From positions 2,221,709 to 2,285,708 of the forward strand of contig CAJFCJ010000012.1 in NCBI GenBank assembly GCA_904063045.1: 64,000 nucleotides of DNA, read 5' to 3'. Below the pieces are notes generated by a model. That model made no database searches and was not told the DNA's origin. It worked only from the letters and a program-made list of their open reading frames with translations. The DNA is from Dimorphilus gyrociliatus. Its lineage: Eukaryota > Animalia > Annelida. Both the position numbers and the translations under genes were made by a program. Positions 35,975 to 54,266 of this stretch are shown in pieces (position 1 is the stretch's first letter; every line of letters starts with the position of its first letter).

Positions 35975-38533
35975 TTAAGAAGTTGAGCACTCTATCTCGA
36001 CAATATTCTTTGGAACACTTGCAAATTGATATACCAAACGTTGGCCGTCGACTTTATGGAGGATTCCTCTCGCGTAATAATATCTTAGTGCCCTTCCCAT
36101 TGTTTCATAGTTCATGTCCGGTTTATTCTTATGTAAACCCCATAATTTGGAAACAGCTTTAGAGTCTACTAGTTTGAAAATACCTCGAGAACGGTCAGTC
36201 CATTTAATAAATCTCGGACAGTAATCTGGTGACTGCAATAGCTGCAGTAGGAATTCCCATAAGTAAGTTGTTGATTCCCGTCGTCCCCGTTTCGGTGGCG
36301 TAATAAACGTTGGTTTATTTTGTACCGGAGGAGATCGTTCTTGGACGAAAGTATAATTAAAATGATTCGGCACGTGGACTAGAGGCGGTGGGAGGGAACG
36401 AGGGTAGTGATTATCTATAAGTAACAAAAAAAACAAACAATAATGTATAAAAATCATATATTTGATTAACGCGGTCAATTATGATAATAAGCATAATCCA
36501 AGCATATCAAAAACAAGGGAAATATAACACAGAAAATAAAGCAAACATAAATAGTTAAAGCCTTATTTAACGTTCAGTTTAATTAGCGTATAAATTTTGG
36601 GAAAATGATAAAAACTAAAGTCTTGTCTCTAAGTGGTTAAATAAAATTTTTCAAAGCTTTTGAGTAACCGGGAAATCTCTTGAGGAGTTTTTATAATTTA
36701 CAAGATTCCTTACTCAAAACACACTCACATCTATATTCTGTTAAGGAAATTGTTTAGTTTATTGTACAATATGTACGTTTTTGTTTAGCTTTGATTCTAT
36801 TCTTTTATATACACCTGTAGAGTTGAACGTAAACAATAATTTTATTATTGTCTAATTTATAGGTCGGTGAACTTGGAGTTAGGGTTGAGAGACCGGCCAA
36901 ATAACCTTTTGAAAATTATCTATTTTTTCCCGCCAATCAATTAGGCCTTTGCAATAATCTTTTCCTTTATCTATGGCATAACATATCTCTTTGATTTCAT
37001 GACTCTCAAAAGAAATTATATTTCCATTCTCCTAATATCTATATAGAATTTGCTTATTAGACTTATTCTGCCTCTGTAAGAGATCAACAATTCTTACAAT
37101 TTCCCCGTTAAGAAGGATACAAGGGAGTTGACTCATAAATAATCAATTAACCTAGTACTAGCTTATAATCCCTTCATTTATATATTTCTTGTCTTCCTCT
37201 ATCTCGAATTCGTTGATCAGTTTGTAAATTCAACGAACAAGCCTAACAAGACTAAACAGTTTATCCGATAGTTATATTTGCATAGGGCTGATTTTTTTTT
37301 CACAAAAGATATTTCTCGGATAAGATAAGAATTAAGAAAAACAATTCAAGACAAATAAATAGATAGTATAAAAATAACAGGAAACTTTTCAATGCTATTG
37401 TTTCTGCTCCTCTTTTGTCTGCCAACCTTTCCCTTCCTATCTTTTAACTTTTACTTTAATATTTTACTTTCAGTATCTTAACCTCGTTCAAAATCGAGTT
37501 CACTCACTTGTTTTGAATGTTTCTCTTTTTTTCAGTTTGTTATTGTTTGTTATTTATGATCGTATAATCATTTTTAACCTTTTACACCCAAACAAACCTG
37601 GATAGTTTATGATTCATAGTCATATGAAAACTAGCGGAAAACAATGTGCCACATATGCATTCTATTTTGAGAACATATCCAGGAGTATCAATTTTTGTAC
37701 ATTTGCAAACAGCTGTTTGTCCAGGTTGGCGTAAAATCGAAGTAAAATGAGAAACGTGCGAATACAGAATAGAAAAATCGGTTCTTAAGAAAGGAATGAG
37801 GAAGTGATGAGACAAACATGGCCCGATTAAAATTTAAATAGACTTATGAGCTTTATGGTTTTTTTTAATTAGGACGATAAGAGTAATTAAATTAGAAAAG
37901 AAAGAATAAGATAGATACGTAATATACTGTATGTAAAAAAAAGTTCAATAATTTAGTAAATATTAAATAAGGTATTTCTATACTTGTCAAAAAACTTCTT
38001 TTCTGTTATTTATGATAATAAATAAGTAACAATTTTCCCCTTTTTAATTAAATAATAGAGGTTTCCTTCTCAAGGATATTTGCAATGTTAATTTAATTAA
38101 TGAATATTTTATTTGTATAAAGAAAGTATAAACCTATTTCACCAGGTCATCATATTTCCTTTCTTTCCCTAAGTAGTTTACCTTCGTCATAAAACGTTTA
38201 GTAAGTTAAATTTAAATTTAGTATCTATTAAGTACACATTTTTGTTTTACTTTCTTTTCATTTACTCATTCAAAATTCGAATAAATCAGATAATCTTTTT
38301 GTATAATTGGTAAATAAAACCATTTGGCACTTTTCCGATTATTTTGCAAAATTATGACTCAACCTTATTGCAAAAGAAAAAAAATCAATGACGTAGAGGT
38401 TTTTTTTTGCTCAAATAGCAATACTTTTCAACTCTTAGCGGGGTTTTTTTTTTGTTTTTTTTTTTTTAAAAAAAATGTTTATCAATAAAAAATTGTTGCT
38501 TTTTTATAATGCACTATATACAGACATATACAG

Positions 38534-38565
<32 letters not shown>

Positions 38566-39754
38566 CTGTAAAGACACGCTTTTTTTTTTAAAAAAAACAT
38601 ATACACAACAGCAACAACAACAACAACAACATCAATAATAACAAAGATAAATATGTCTAAAACGACTTACCCACATACGATTGACGTACTGCAAATCTTG
38701 ACTGATAGTTTTGATGGTGGAGACTAAGGTCAGCCAGTGAAAGAGGAAGGCCTGTGATAAAGACAAATATATTTCTTAGGAAATAGGTCAATGTTTTTAA
38801 GGAAACCCAGCCGGAAACAGGAAGTACTTAACGATTCCTACTTACCTTTTATTGGTCTGTCATCCAGGCATTCCGGATCAGATACTGATACTCCGCTATC
38901 AGCCGGACTTGGTGGGTGTGAAGCTAATTTGCATAAAAATTACCCTTTAAGAATATATTGTATACAGAGATATAAGACATTTTATTACAAGCTATAGCTA
39001 AGGAGAATCCTATCTTTAAAAATTGCATGAAAATAAAAAATAATGCATATTTTACATGTATCGAATGAAGTTGATGACGTAGTAATCTATTATGTGATAT
39101 TTCCATACAGGCTTTTTAATAAGCAAACGATATGAACATTTTCAATTAGATTCATTCTGATTTTAGACTAGAGAATTATCTTGTTTTTTTATACTTGTAA
39201 TTTTCTTCTTTTCTTTCACATGTTCCTTAGAAACATTCACAAGATGGATTCAGACTCGTTTAGTTCTAATAAAGTATATTACTTAAAAAAAGAACCTATT
39301 TAAAGATAAAGAAGAAAAACAGAGAAAATAGCACAAGTATAATTCAATAAGAATAATTATTTAATACTAATTTAAGTACTCATCAATTGATGACTGGAGG
39401 AAAGTGTACTTTATAAAAACTAAACAGGAAGTTTAAAATACATCCTTACTTATATAATTAGAAACAATATGTATATATATATATATATATATATAAATAC
39501 ACTGGTCTATATTTAAAAATAAGTTATAAGATATCGACTAAAAGTAAAGTGTAAAGTATAAATTCTCAATAAATTTCACCCAAATGTTTATAAATTCATA
39601 GTATTTCTATTATTCTATTTTTATTTATTTATTTATTAAAATAATATCTCTCTATTTATGACGAAAAACCTTAATCCTATAAACTACGCGTTTTAATTTT
39701 TTTAACTGTATCAGATACACGGCACATACATACTGGATTCATTTTGTTATATGA

Positions 39755-39785
<31 letters not shown>

Positions 39786-40353
39786 CACTATATTATATTT
39801 ATCTCTCTGTATATATACGTATGTTGTATATATAAATATATGCAATAAAAGATATATGATTACCTGACCCACACGCTTTGCTTATTGAATTTGCATTCGA
39901 GCCGATGACGCTAGGTCGATGTTCGTACTGTTCATGCACTGGAAAAAAATAAATAAATATCTCCATGTAAACCTGAATATACAATATAAATACTATTCAA
40001 ACCAAAGTTTAAATGAACACTATATATCTCTGTATACAATTATTTATGTATATATACTGTATATATATACTAGTATAGAGACAAAACAGTACTTTTATAC
40101 AGGTTACTTTGCTGGAAATTCTAAACATAAACAAGTAATGCTCACCATAAAATCTCTTTAGCAGGCTCTTTTTATAATTCACAGCCGATGGACTATATGG
40201 CGTTAAAGGAGTTTTGGGCGTTTCTGGAGGCGTCATTTCCGCTTTGGGTGAACGTCTGGCTAGCGATAAGTTTAGAGGCTCGTCGAGAGGAGAATTTGGA
40301 AAGGCCACTGGTTTGCATCCCCTTCTCACAGAGAGATAGTTCATTGACGTCAT
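35975..40353 (-). CDS. Eip74EF: E74/ELF-family ETS transcription factor, about 268 aa, 4 exons (40353-40146, 38923-38846, 38751-38671, 36414-35975)
   Basis: ETS domain [25 protein letters not shown]...[24 protein letters not shown]...DGQRLVYQF closely follows insect E74. Exon 2 has the E74-type [10 protein letters not shown] motif. All junctions are phase 1 GT-AG. Confidence 0.9.
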
Positions 40354-40446
40354 TTTAAAGACAGCAAAAAGTTAATAAATGCCTGGAAGCTCTCTAGTGC
40401 GAACGTTCAGAGTTTCTGGTCGCCTGGTACGTCTCGAGAAATTTAA

Positions 40447-40461
40447 TCACTAGAGGGCAGT
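40447..40461 (+). promoter_or_regulatory. CTCF-like motif TCACTAGAGGGCAGT upstream of the E74/ELF start
   Basis: Matches the CTCF core consensus; 94 bp from the ATG at 40353. Confidence 0.55.
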
Positions 40462-41248
40462 TTAAAATAAAGAGGCCTATTTCTCGTTTTTTTTAATATA
40501 CAGGGAGGTTGATGTACAAACAGACAAACGTATATTTTTTAATAGGCCAATGAACCATACTCATACATATGTTTAATCGAAATTCACAAAAGGATAGTTT
40601 TATGAATAATCAGGACTAATAAAAGAATGATTTTTTAAAAATATATAAATAATCTGTTTATTATTTATTATATTATTTATAATTCTCAGTTTTCTATTTA
40701 TTTTCATTCCTTTTTTGTTTTTTACAAAAGAAAACTCTTTTCAACGACTGTTCAATTCTTAAAAATTCAACAACAACTGATTTAATTATCTCTTTTGTTT
40801 AAAACCCGTTTATTAATATAATTATTATCATTTTCATGATTATTTCAAGGCTCTCGAACCTCCACCCCCTCCCCTTGTCTTTCTTAGTCATCTTCATATT
40901 CTATACTAATATTTTCCTTTTTTTAGACATACAGTATGTTTATTACATTGACAAACTATCGAAATGCAGCTCCTATTATAAATTAACATTCGAAACGTTT
41001 TTATGCAAACGTAATCGTTATTATAGAGTAATATGCCATAATAATCACGTTTAGACGCTACTCGACTTAAAAGAATGCTAATAAGGTTAACAAACTGTAG
41101 CTTTAAAGGAGGAAAAACTTTATACCCCACTCCGCTGAAGTTTTCAATTCAATAATTTGAAAAATTAATAACTTTAGCTTTTATTATTTAAACTGTCTTA
41201 ACTTAATTTTTTTTTCAATTATACGCCTATAAAAAGGAAGATATTTTA

Positions 41249-41310
41249 TCACTAGATGGCTGCTGAATCAACAATTTTTTTCAAAGTTCCGGTTCCCGAT
41301 AGATGTCACT
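41249..41310 (+). promoter_or_regulatory. Two CTCF-like motifs (TCACTAGATGGCTGC 41249-41263; CCGATAGATGTCACT 41296-41310) in a GC-enriched island between the divergent E74 and ZNF541 genes
   Basis: Sequence match to the CTCF core; local GC island. Confidence 0.45.
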
Positions 41311-41515
41311 CTAGAGTTATTGCAGTCAATATGGCGTAGGCGATCGTTTTGCTGTTGGCGAGTCAACTGTGTACTTTCGAATCGGTGATAGGTGACGTCT
41401 AGTAATTACGTTTAGATTTTTATATGGCCCATATCTCATCACAGCGACACCATGAAAAAGGTAATGTCATATTTTAGAAGATGATCTACAGAGGGAAAAT
41501 TCTGTATATATTCAG

Positions 41516-41548
<33 letters not shown>

Positions 41549-42920
41549 TATATATATAGTGTATATATTTAGTGATAATATATATATATATATACAGTAT
41601 ATATATTAATTTATATATATAAGTATGTACTATATACTTTATATATATGTACATATCCTACACCAGAATATGTATAAATTTACATATATATATATATATA
41701 TATATATATGTATTTATTAAATATTCCTTATATAATATAGGCCGTCTATATCTCTGTTTACTATATGTAAGTATATTCTATCCATAACACTTCTACATAT
41801 TCATATAAACTGTATTTATACATACATACCTAGTGTACGATAAAAATAAGGATATATATATATATAGTATAAATGAGAATAAAGACCCCTATTATTCTAT
41901 GTTTATATATATATATATTTATATACTGTAAATGAAACATTCTATTATAAAGTTCACGTATATTCATATATACAGTATATATATACTGTATGTAGATACT
42001 AAGATAAGTTATAGGCTATTTTTAGCACAAAAATAAGAAAAAATTTGTTTTGAAGTGTAAAAGCAAACGAGTACATGCTGTAGGATGTGTAGTGGGAGTA
42101 GTTCATCAATAACTATTACATTTCTGTGTAATTTGTTAAAATATACTACAAATATATATATAATAAAAAGAAAAGAAACACTTTGTACATGATCTGCATA
42201 TAAAAGCTGATATTAATTATATAATTTAATAGAACGGCTACCATTGAAAGTGTATGGTACATGTATTACTCTACAAATACAGTATATACGCATGCTTATT
42301 CTATATAAAATTTATATGTATTTTTATACTATACATGAGAAATTTTAATTCACTTGTATATTCCGTAAATGCAGACAGATATGATATTATTGCATAATAA
42401 ACAACTTATAACATTTACAGTCACATGCAATACTTTATATACAGTATATGCAGTTAAGTAAAATATATACCATATTATTCATTTAATGTTTCTACTAAGT
42501 ACAGTTTATCTGAATATCGTTTGGATTGTGTTTAGACACTTAAATGAATTATTTCTATAGGAAAACGGCGATATTTGAAAAGAGACAAAGTGTATAAAAT
42601 ACATAGTATGAGATATCCTTTGCACACCTGCTATTAGATTCTTTAAAAGCCTTAAACAAGATTATAAACGCTTGACAATTACGTACTAAAGAAGAAGAGT
42701 AAAACATTCTTAAATTATAACTAAGTAGATGCATAAAATAACTCTGTTAGAAACATAAATCAAAGAGGAACAAAAGGATTATTTAAAGTCAAAATAAAAA
42801 GACATGATATCTATTTACAGTAACTCATCTTTAAAATAATTTCACATGCTAATTGATTCTATAAAGAAATAATAATTCATAAATATTCAGATCATCCTCC
42901 ACAAGCCGGACGCCTATCGA

Positions 42921-45900
42921 ATGATGACAGAATCTCAAAATTCAACTGCAGAATCTCCTAGCAGTTCAATACCTCAGCCAGCTGTACCAGACTATAGCCG
43001 TTTAATGACTCCAGAATTCTTCGACGAAGATCTAGAAAGAATATTAGAAAAACCTGGTACAGTTCCAATAGGTAAGGATAAATGGAAATCTAGGGAATAC
43101 GATCTCTGTAAACTATATTAATAACATCAAAGCGATCGGGATGACATGTCAATCTCCTATGCTTTATTCGTCCTTGGTTTTAATTTACTTTCCTAACGAA
43201 TATTTCATAATTAATATACGGTTCGTTTATACGTGTATACCTATGTATTTATTTAACAAAAAAGAGTGTAATAGTTCAACAACAAAGCATTATTAATTAT
43301 TTAGAACGGTGAATTTATTGTGTTAGAAAAAGGCCGAAGAAGGAGAGGGTGAGAAGAATTAAGGGAGATGGGAACTGAGCATCGGTAACAGGGGACAGAA
43401 TAAACAGAAGGAGAGAGACAGACGAAGAAGATACGAGGGGCCATGGACTAGGGAAATATGCAAATGAAATAAAAAAATATCATAAACAAAGAGAGCAACA
43501 GAAAAAAGTCATACAGCACGTATATATTAATATACAGTATATCAACGTAGTGCACATTAAATAGGTTAGATGAATTAGAATAGTAGCATTTTGCTACTGC
43601 CTGCTCTTAATCCACACTTTGTAGTTTGAATATAGTTTACATTAACACATTAAATATTATCGAATACTTATACGAATTATCGACAATTTGGACGCTAAGC
43701 GATGCTTAAACTACACTTTCTAAGAGAATAAATATAGGCATAGATGATTCCATTCCTCTTTTCTAATAGTATTATTTTTTGTATTCATTTGTTGTTTAAC
43801 CGACCAAAAACCTTATGTTTCTTTTAAATTAAGCGCGTTACACACAAAGAGCAAATGATTTTTTCTAGGCCATCGAACGAGCGTTTCTTGCCCTGGACGC
43901 GAGGCGTCACTAGCTTCTAGCTCATCTGTCAAATCAGACGTACCCCGGAAAACTAGGCTTTTTTTTTATAGGCTATCTAATTGACATAAATGGGTCGTAA
44001 TAATTCTCTTGGCTAATTTTGATAAGAATTTTTATGAGAAAATGAATAAATAATTGAATAGTTTACAGTATACAGTCACTTTAATGTATTTCTTTATTTC
44101 CTCTTTCCCCATAGGCGTTAAAAAACAAAAAGGTAAACCTCCTTCGGCAAGAGCATCCGTTATTTGTGCTGTCTGCTCAAAGAAGTTCAACAATTCTTCG
44201 GCTCTCGCCAAACACAAACTCACACACTCGAATGAAAGAAAATATGTTTGCAAAATTTGCTCCAAGGCGTTCAAAAGGCAGGACCATTTGAACGGTCATA
44301 TGCTAACTCATAGATCAAAGAAACCGTTTGCCTGTAAATTTAAAAGTTGTGAGAAAAGCTACTGCGACGCTAGATCACTTAGGAGACACGTCGAAAATGC
44401 TCATGCTCAAGATGTCGAAAAAATTGTAGAAGCTAGACGGATAATGAACGCCGCCTATAGTCCAATTACTCCCACTGGGCCGAATTCAAACGTATTTTGG
44501 GAAGGTAATTTTTTTGATGATCCCATGACTGTTGAGTGTAAAGAATGTAATAGAAAATTTAAAAATATGGCCGCCCTCAATGGTCATATGCGTTTACACG
44601 GAGGTTATCAAAAGAAAAGCGACGATTTACCAGACACCAAACAAAATTACGAAGCAGAAGATATACTTAACGATATAACGAACACCAGTGCTGAAGAAGA
44701 CGATGATGTATTTTCTCTAAAACAGATGGCGCCTCTAGTTGTTTCAACAGATAAAAAACGGCGAACAATGTCAGCGGATGCTGACAAGTTCACTGCACCA
44801 CAAAGACCTTACGTGACCAAGGAGAGTATAGTACAATTGCTTAAACAGGCTGGTATGGAAGAAATTTTGAATAAAGTGGGATTGGAAGTCGATACTGCAG
44901 GTGCAGACGAATGTCTCGAATTGCCGGATGTTGACGTCTTGGAAAATCGAAATTCGAAACATCATCGACAGTTAAATGATGCGTGCACCGAACCGAAATT
45001 ATTCTATAAAAAAGAAAGTTTAGAACCGCCTAAAGTAGGATTAGAAAAGTACCAGACTGATTCTTGTCTAGAACTTCTTGATCTACCGATAAGCGAGGGT
45101 CAAGGATTCAAAGTTGAACCTGCTAAATTACTCCTCGATACATTCGAATCAGAGGTAAAAGAAGAAGTTAGTAGAGTTGGAAAAACTAAATCTTGTTCTA
45201 GTATTGAAATGTTGGAAGATAATCCAGAACTTCGTAGACCGTTTAATAAAATTGAATTTCTACAAGGTGACAAAAACAATCATATAGAAACGAACGTGCA
45301 TAATCAAAGTTTCAGTAAACTTAGCAATAAACAACCTCACATTAACATAACGCCTTGTCGAAGTAAACAGGAGAAAAGATTTCGTAATGCAGAACTACCA
45401 AAAGTAAAGAAAAAATATATACCTGAACCATTAGTGATACCTCCAAATTTAAATACCTCTTTTGGCTTTGTCTCTCATCTACGCTCGCCAAAATTTGACG
45501 AGACTAGTTGTACAATTCCTCCCTACACACCACCTCCAATCCTCTCACCCGCCAGAAGAGGTTCCGGTTTATTTTGGACAGTTAAAAATCAAAATTGCTT
45601 GCTACCTTTAGAAACTGATATACTACCGCATATCAACATTGGAACAAACTATCAAGCTCAAATTCCTCAATTGCAGATAATGAAAACAACGGAAATTTAC
45701 CCAGAAACATCTGTTTGGTCAGTTGAGTCAGCTAATCGCTTATGCGACTTAGAGTTGTCCAACTATGAAAAGATTGCTTGTAGTGCTGCAGTTCCTGGTA
45801 CAGGAACAAACAAGGAATATGCCTTGCACGTACTTCACGCAGCCAAAGGAGATGTTAAACTCGCGATGATGCTTCTCTTAACGGGAGACGTAAAATCGGA

Positions 45901-46180
45901 AGAATCCGTCCGTAAACGTATCAATTATGATCTTCCGCTGGACGAGACAGAGCCGTGGAGTAGGCCCGAAATTGAATCTTTTAGTCAAGCTATGGTTAGT
46001 CACGATAAGAATTTTAGAAAAGTCTCCGAATGTGTTGGAACCAAAAATATTCGTCAGTGTGTTCAATTCTATTACTTATGGAAGAAAGTATGCGCAAATG
46101 AATATAAGAAGATGAAAATGGTTAGGAAGAGAAGACATCAGAATGAAAACTTTTTATTAAGATCAACAATGGATGATTAA
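42921..46180 (+). CDS. ZNF541: ZNF541/TRERF1-like C2H2 zinc finger + ELM2-SANT corepressor, about 738 aa, 2 exons (42921-43071, 44115-46180)
   Basis: Three N-terminal fingers (CKICSKAFKRQDHLNGHMLTH; SYCDARSLRRH), a fourth finger (FKNMAALNGHMRLH), PEPLVIP and PYTPPPILSP motifs, ELM2 (PHINIGTNYQAQIP) and SANT (CVQFYYLWKK). GTAAGG donor and ccatAG acceptor in phase 1. Confidence 0.88.
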
Positions 46181-46930
46181 AGGATTTAGAAGAGAATTTA
46201 ATCATTTATTATTTAAATTATACAACAAATTTTAATTCTTTGTTTATTATATTTGTCTTTATGACTTTTTTGTTTTTCTTTTATTTATATTTTTTGCCTT
46301 TTAATGTGCCATATAAAAAACACGAACGGAAATTAAACTTTTTGTGATCCAGTTACCCAATCATTTCTTAATTTTCAATTAGTAACAGTTAAACGCCAAA
46401 CACTCTTCTATAATACAATTCCCCGGTACTTTCCTCTCTTGTAATTACATAAAACAAGTTGCCAAAGAGAAAAAACTGCTCATCTTTTATTCAATAAAAT
46501 AGACTACTTCCAGTATCTCTTCGCGTAAATGTTTTAACTTGGTTTAATGTTAAAACAGTAAACTGTTTTTTAAAAGTGAAGTGAAGAGAAGAGATAGAAT
46601 AGGATGATGAGTTTTAATTTCTAATGTTTTTTTTTAATTAATGCTACTCTTCCGTTTGATAGCTGAAAATGAGATAGAAAAGACAATAACATTTTAATTA
46701 ACTTTCCATTTATTTTGATCTTATGAAAAAAGTATATATATATTAATAAAGGAAAACCTCATTAGGACAATTATAGCTCTGTTAGTTCGGCTTTTCCTTA
46801 TTCTTTCCTTTGGTGTTTATTTTGCAAAAAGAAACTTATGGTGGAGAAGTAGATTACTCCATAAAAAAAAACGAACAAAAAAACCACGTCGTCAACTTTT
46901 CCTTTTCGATTTTATACCAATTTTTTTCTT

Positions 46931-50938
<4,008 letters not shown>

Positions 50939-50972
50939 TTTTAGATTGTAGTGATCAGCTAAGAGACTGTTT

Positions 50973-50986
50973 GTCGTCCTGGCGAC
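50973..50986. promoter_or_regulatory. RFX X-box GTCGTCCTGGCGAC upstream of the EFCAB6-like gene
   Basis: Fits RYYRYY-N2-RRNRAC exactly; 35 bp from the ATG of a probable ciliary gene. Confidence 0.6.
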
Positions 50987-53900
50987 GCTTGGCGACCATA
51001 CGCGAGCTTTTGTACGGCTTATGAAACGAAGAGGATTAGCATAACAAAGTAGCTATTGAATTTTCTTCTCGTAACAATGGTATTAGTAGTGTAGCTTCTT
51101 TCTCAATAATATACAAGAGTTTAGAAGGCGTTTGAACGTTTGAACAGACCTCTAATGTAAATTTATTCTGTATAATAATGTTATCTAAAGTGATACAATA
51201 TCTCCCGCAAGCCTCCGTCATCAGACGAGATCTAACAAAGGCACTTTTTTAGTCGTCTACTGATAATCGGATAATAAAAAAAATACTTAGGCCTCATTAT
51301 ATTTTTTACTAATTCACTCATTCACGCATTCATTCATTCAAATTCAATAACATTTTTTTTATTTGAATTAGAATCAAAATTCCCAAATTGACTGTAGGGA
51401 TATTCTATTCAATTTGCCTGTTTATATGTAGCTTTTTTAATTAAGTTTTATCTGCATATTTCCTTTTAAAATCTTTTCCGTAAGGCAAAGAGTGGCAGAT
51501 GGCAAATGAAATTAGAGGCAGAGAGAGATCAAGAGATCAAGAGAAAATGAATATTCGACTGATTTAAGACTAAAAAAACAAGGGAGAGAAAGAAACTGGT
51601 AATAGAAAGAAATATTATATAGTACTGATTAAGACGAATATAACATTTGTAATGTGAAATAGAGAGAATAAATGAAGTCAGAAACAAGGTCATTTAATGT
51701 GTTTTCTACTCTTTGTTTTTCTTTCAAGTTTCCTTTTTATAATAGACAAGAAAGAAAAAAGATCTTCTCTTTAACGCTCTCTAGATATATACAAACTTTA
51801 TGATTTAAAGCAGATAACAGTGGAAAAATAAAAGAATTGTGACAAACCAATAAGCGTTTACCGAAAGGGAATAAATATTTGCAGTATTCAATAGCTTTTA
51901 GCTTTTATCAATTTATTGACCGCTACTCGCCTACAAACATAGACGTATAGACACACAAACGACTACGCACAGACAGATATATGCACAATTATCTATAGTA
52001 AACCAATGTAATTACATAAACATAAATACAAACACTGAAACATGTGCAGCATGTATACAATTTCTAGTATAATGTTGCTATAACTAATACCGTAAAAGCA
52101 TTAAGGATCGTACTGAAATATTATATTTTAGCATATATCTTGTATGCTCTTAAACTGAAAATTACAAACTTCTCTACCTTATCTATAAAACGAAAGGAAA
52201 TACAAATAGTTGATAAGAAACGATTTAAATATAAAGAATTATCATATAGCGTGATAGTTACTTTATGTAAATACATTTTACCATATGAAACAATGTCATT
52301 TTACTTGACTGTAGCAACTGTGAAATTTTTTCTTCGCATTCCTAGAAATTTAACAATGTTAAAATATATTGATTTAAAAAATACATTAAATATAAGTGCT
52401 TACATCGAGCCTTCTTCATTTCTATGACATTATGTATCGCATACTTTATTTACTTTTTCATTTGCTCACTTTTTATTATCTCCACCGTAGAAGGAAGCAT
52501 TAAAAATGCTAATGAAAAGCGACATTTCTAAACTATTCCATACTAAAAATAGTAAGATTGAAAGAGCTAGATATCCTTTAGTTTATATAATATGATATAC
52601 CCTTCATTCTTTGTTTGTAAAACTTCTATTATTGGTCACGATTTCTGTTAATAAGCTCTATAGTTCTTCTTTCTCCCTAATTTTTCCATTTCATCTTCTT
52701 TTTGTACCAATTTTCTATGAAGCTTTTATCAATATTAACATTTACTTTTGACAGTAACTGTAACAAAGCGTATTTAATAATTGTTGTTATTTCCTTTTTA
52801 ATAAATCTAAACAAAGATATAAAGATCAAACTTGTTTTTCTTGTTTATACATACTTATTTAATTACCTTTTTATTTAGATTAAATATCTTAATTTAATGT
52901 TTCTCTCTTTTATTATAAATAAAAGAAGAAGAGAGAAGATAGATATTATTGGGTCAAAAAAATAGTATTTATCTATATTTATTCTTACTGTAACTGCAGA
53001 AAGCACATGATTATTAGGTACGTGATTATTTAGATACTATATACTAATATATAGCATACTCCCTATTATTATTTAAATAGCATTTACGTTATTTATACAG
53101 TATAGCTTATATAGCATTTTTCTTCTTAAATTAAACTTAATTTTAATAAAAGAAATGACGAAAAAGAGACGTTAGTACTATTATTGAAGTCTTTACATTT
53201 AATTTAATAATATAAATACAGCCAATTTATTATAAAAAAAGAAAAACGAAGGTAGTATTTCAAAGACCAATCTTTTTTAAGTAAATGTTAAATGAATGGC
53301 AATAGAGTTTCCAAATTAATAAAACTTGCTTGTTAAATAGTAACATTTATATATTAAGCTCTTCTATTGTTTCTTATCTTTAACATAATAAAAAATAAAC
53401 CGATTTTCTTATTGTCCTATAAAAATTTCTATGTGTTGTTTTTTTATTGTACTATTGAAATTAAACAATAAATAAATAAATACCATATAACTTTTTGTTA
53501 ATATTTAGTGCAAGTCTAACTGCAGCATCATAGAAATGCATTATGCATTAGTTAACTCTCACTGTGAAAACTGTTGTAGAATTTTGACTAAAATAAATTA
53601 CCCCATGTAGAGTATCTAATATATTATTCGTTTAATCTATACAAAACAATCATATTTTAAAATTGCGAAATATTTGCTATTCCCTTAATGGCTATCACCG
53701 TACTTTATTTCTTTCATCCATAAAGAGCTAATGTATAAAAAAAGATCCCTTGTTTCATTTCAATTATTAATATATGAAATTACAAATTTTTTATCAATTA
53801 GAATATTTATGTATTGTCAAAATTTTAGAGAATGATTGGCAACTGTTCTTCTGTTAGAATGATAAATAAACGTTCTTCAAAATAATTTTCATCCATTAGA

Positions 53901-54266
53901 GGACACTTGAATAATTTGTCCTCTAATGAATTCTATTATATAAAAGTCATAATAAAATTGAAAAAAATAGAAAGAAACGCTGATTCTTGTAAAATATAGA
54001 ACAGATCTTTTGCGGATGAAAATAAATATGCATAAAGATGTTTTGCAGTATTTTATTAAGAATCCGTTGAAGTTGAGAAATTTTATAAAGTCTTAAAAAA
54101 AAGAAGATTTAAATAAGGAATAATAAAAGCAATTTCTTCCTCAAATACGTTAAGTCTTTATCGATATATTCTTAGGCATTAAAACTTATATAATGTATAA
54201 AGTATTAAATATGGCTTCTCTCAATAGTTTTGCTCTTCATCTGTTTCATTTCAATTACTACCTTCC

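Noticed and set aside
37582-37815. Cys-containing 77-aa ORF inside E74 intron 3
   Set aside because: No signal peptide, family motif or phase-compatible splice sites.
41325-41400. tRNA-like A-box/B-box pattern (TGGCGTAG...TTCGAATC)
   Set aside because: No acceptor stem or cloverleaf can be folded; better explained as a GC-rich promoter island.
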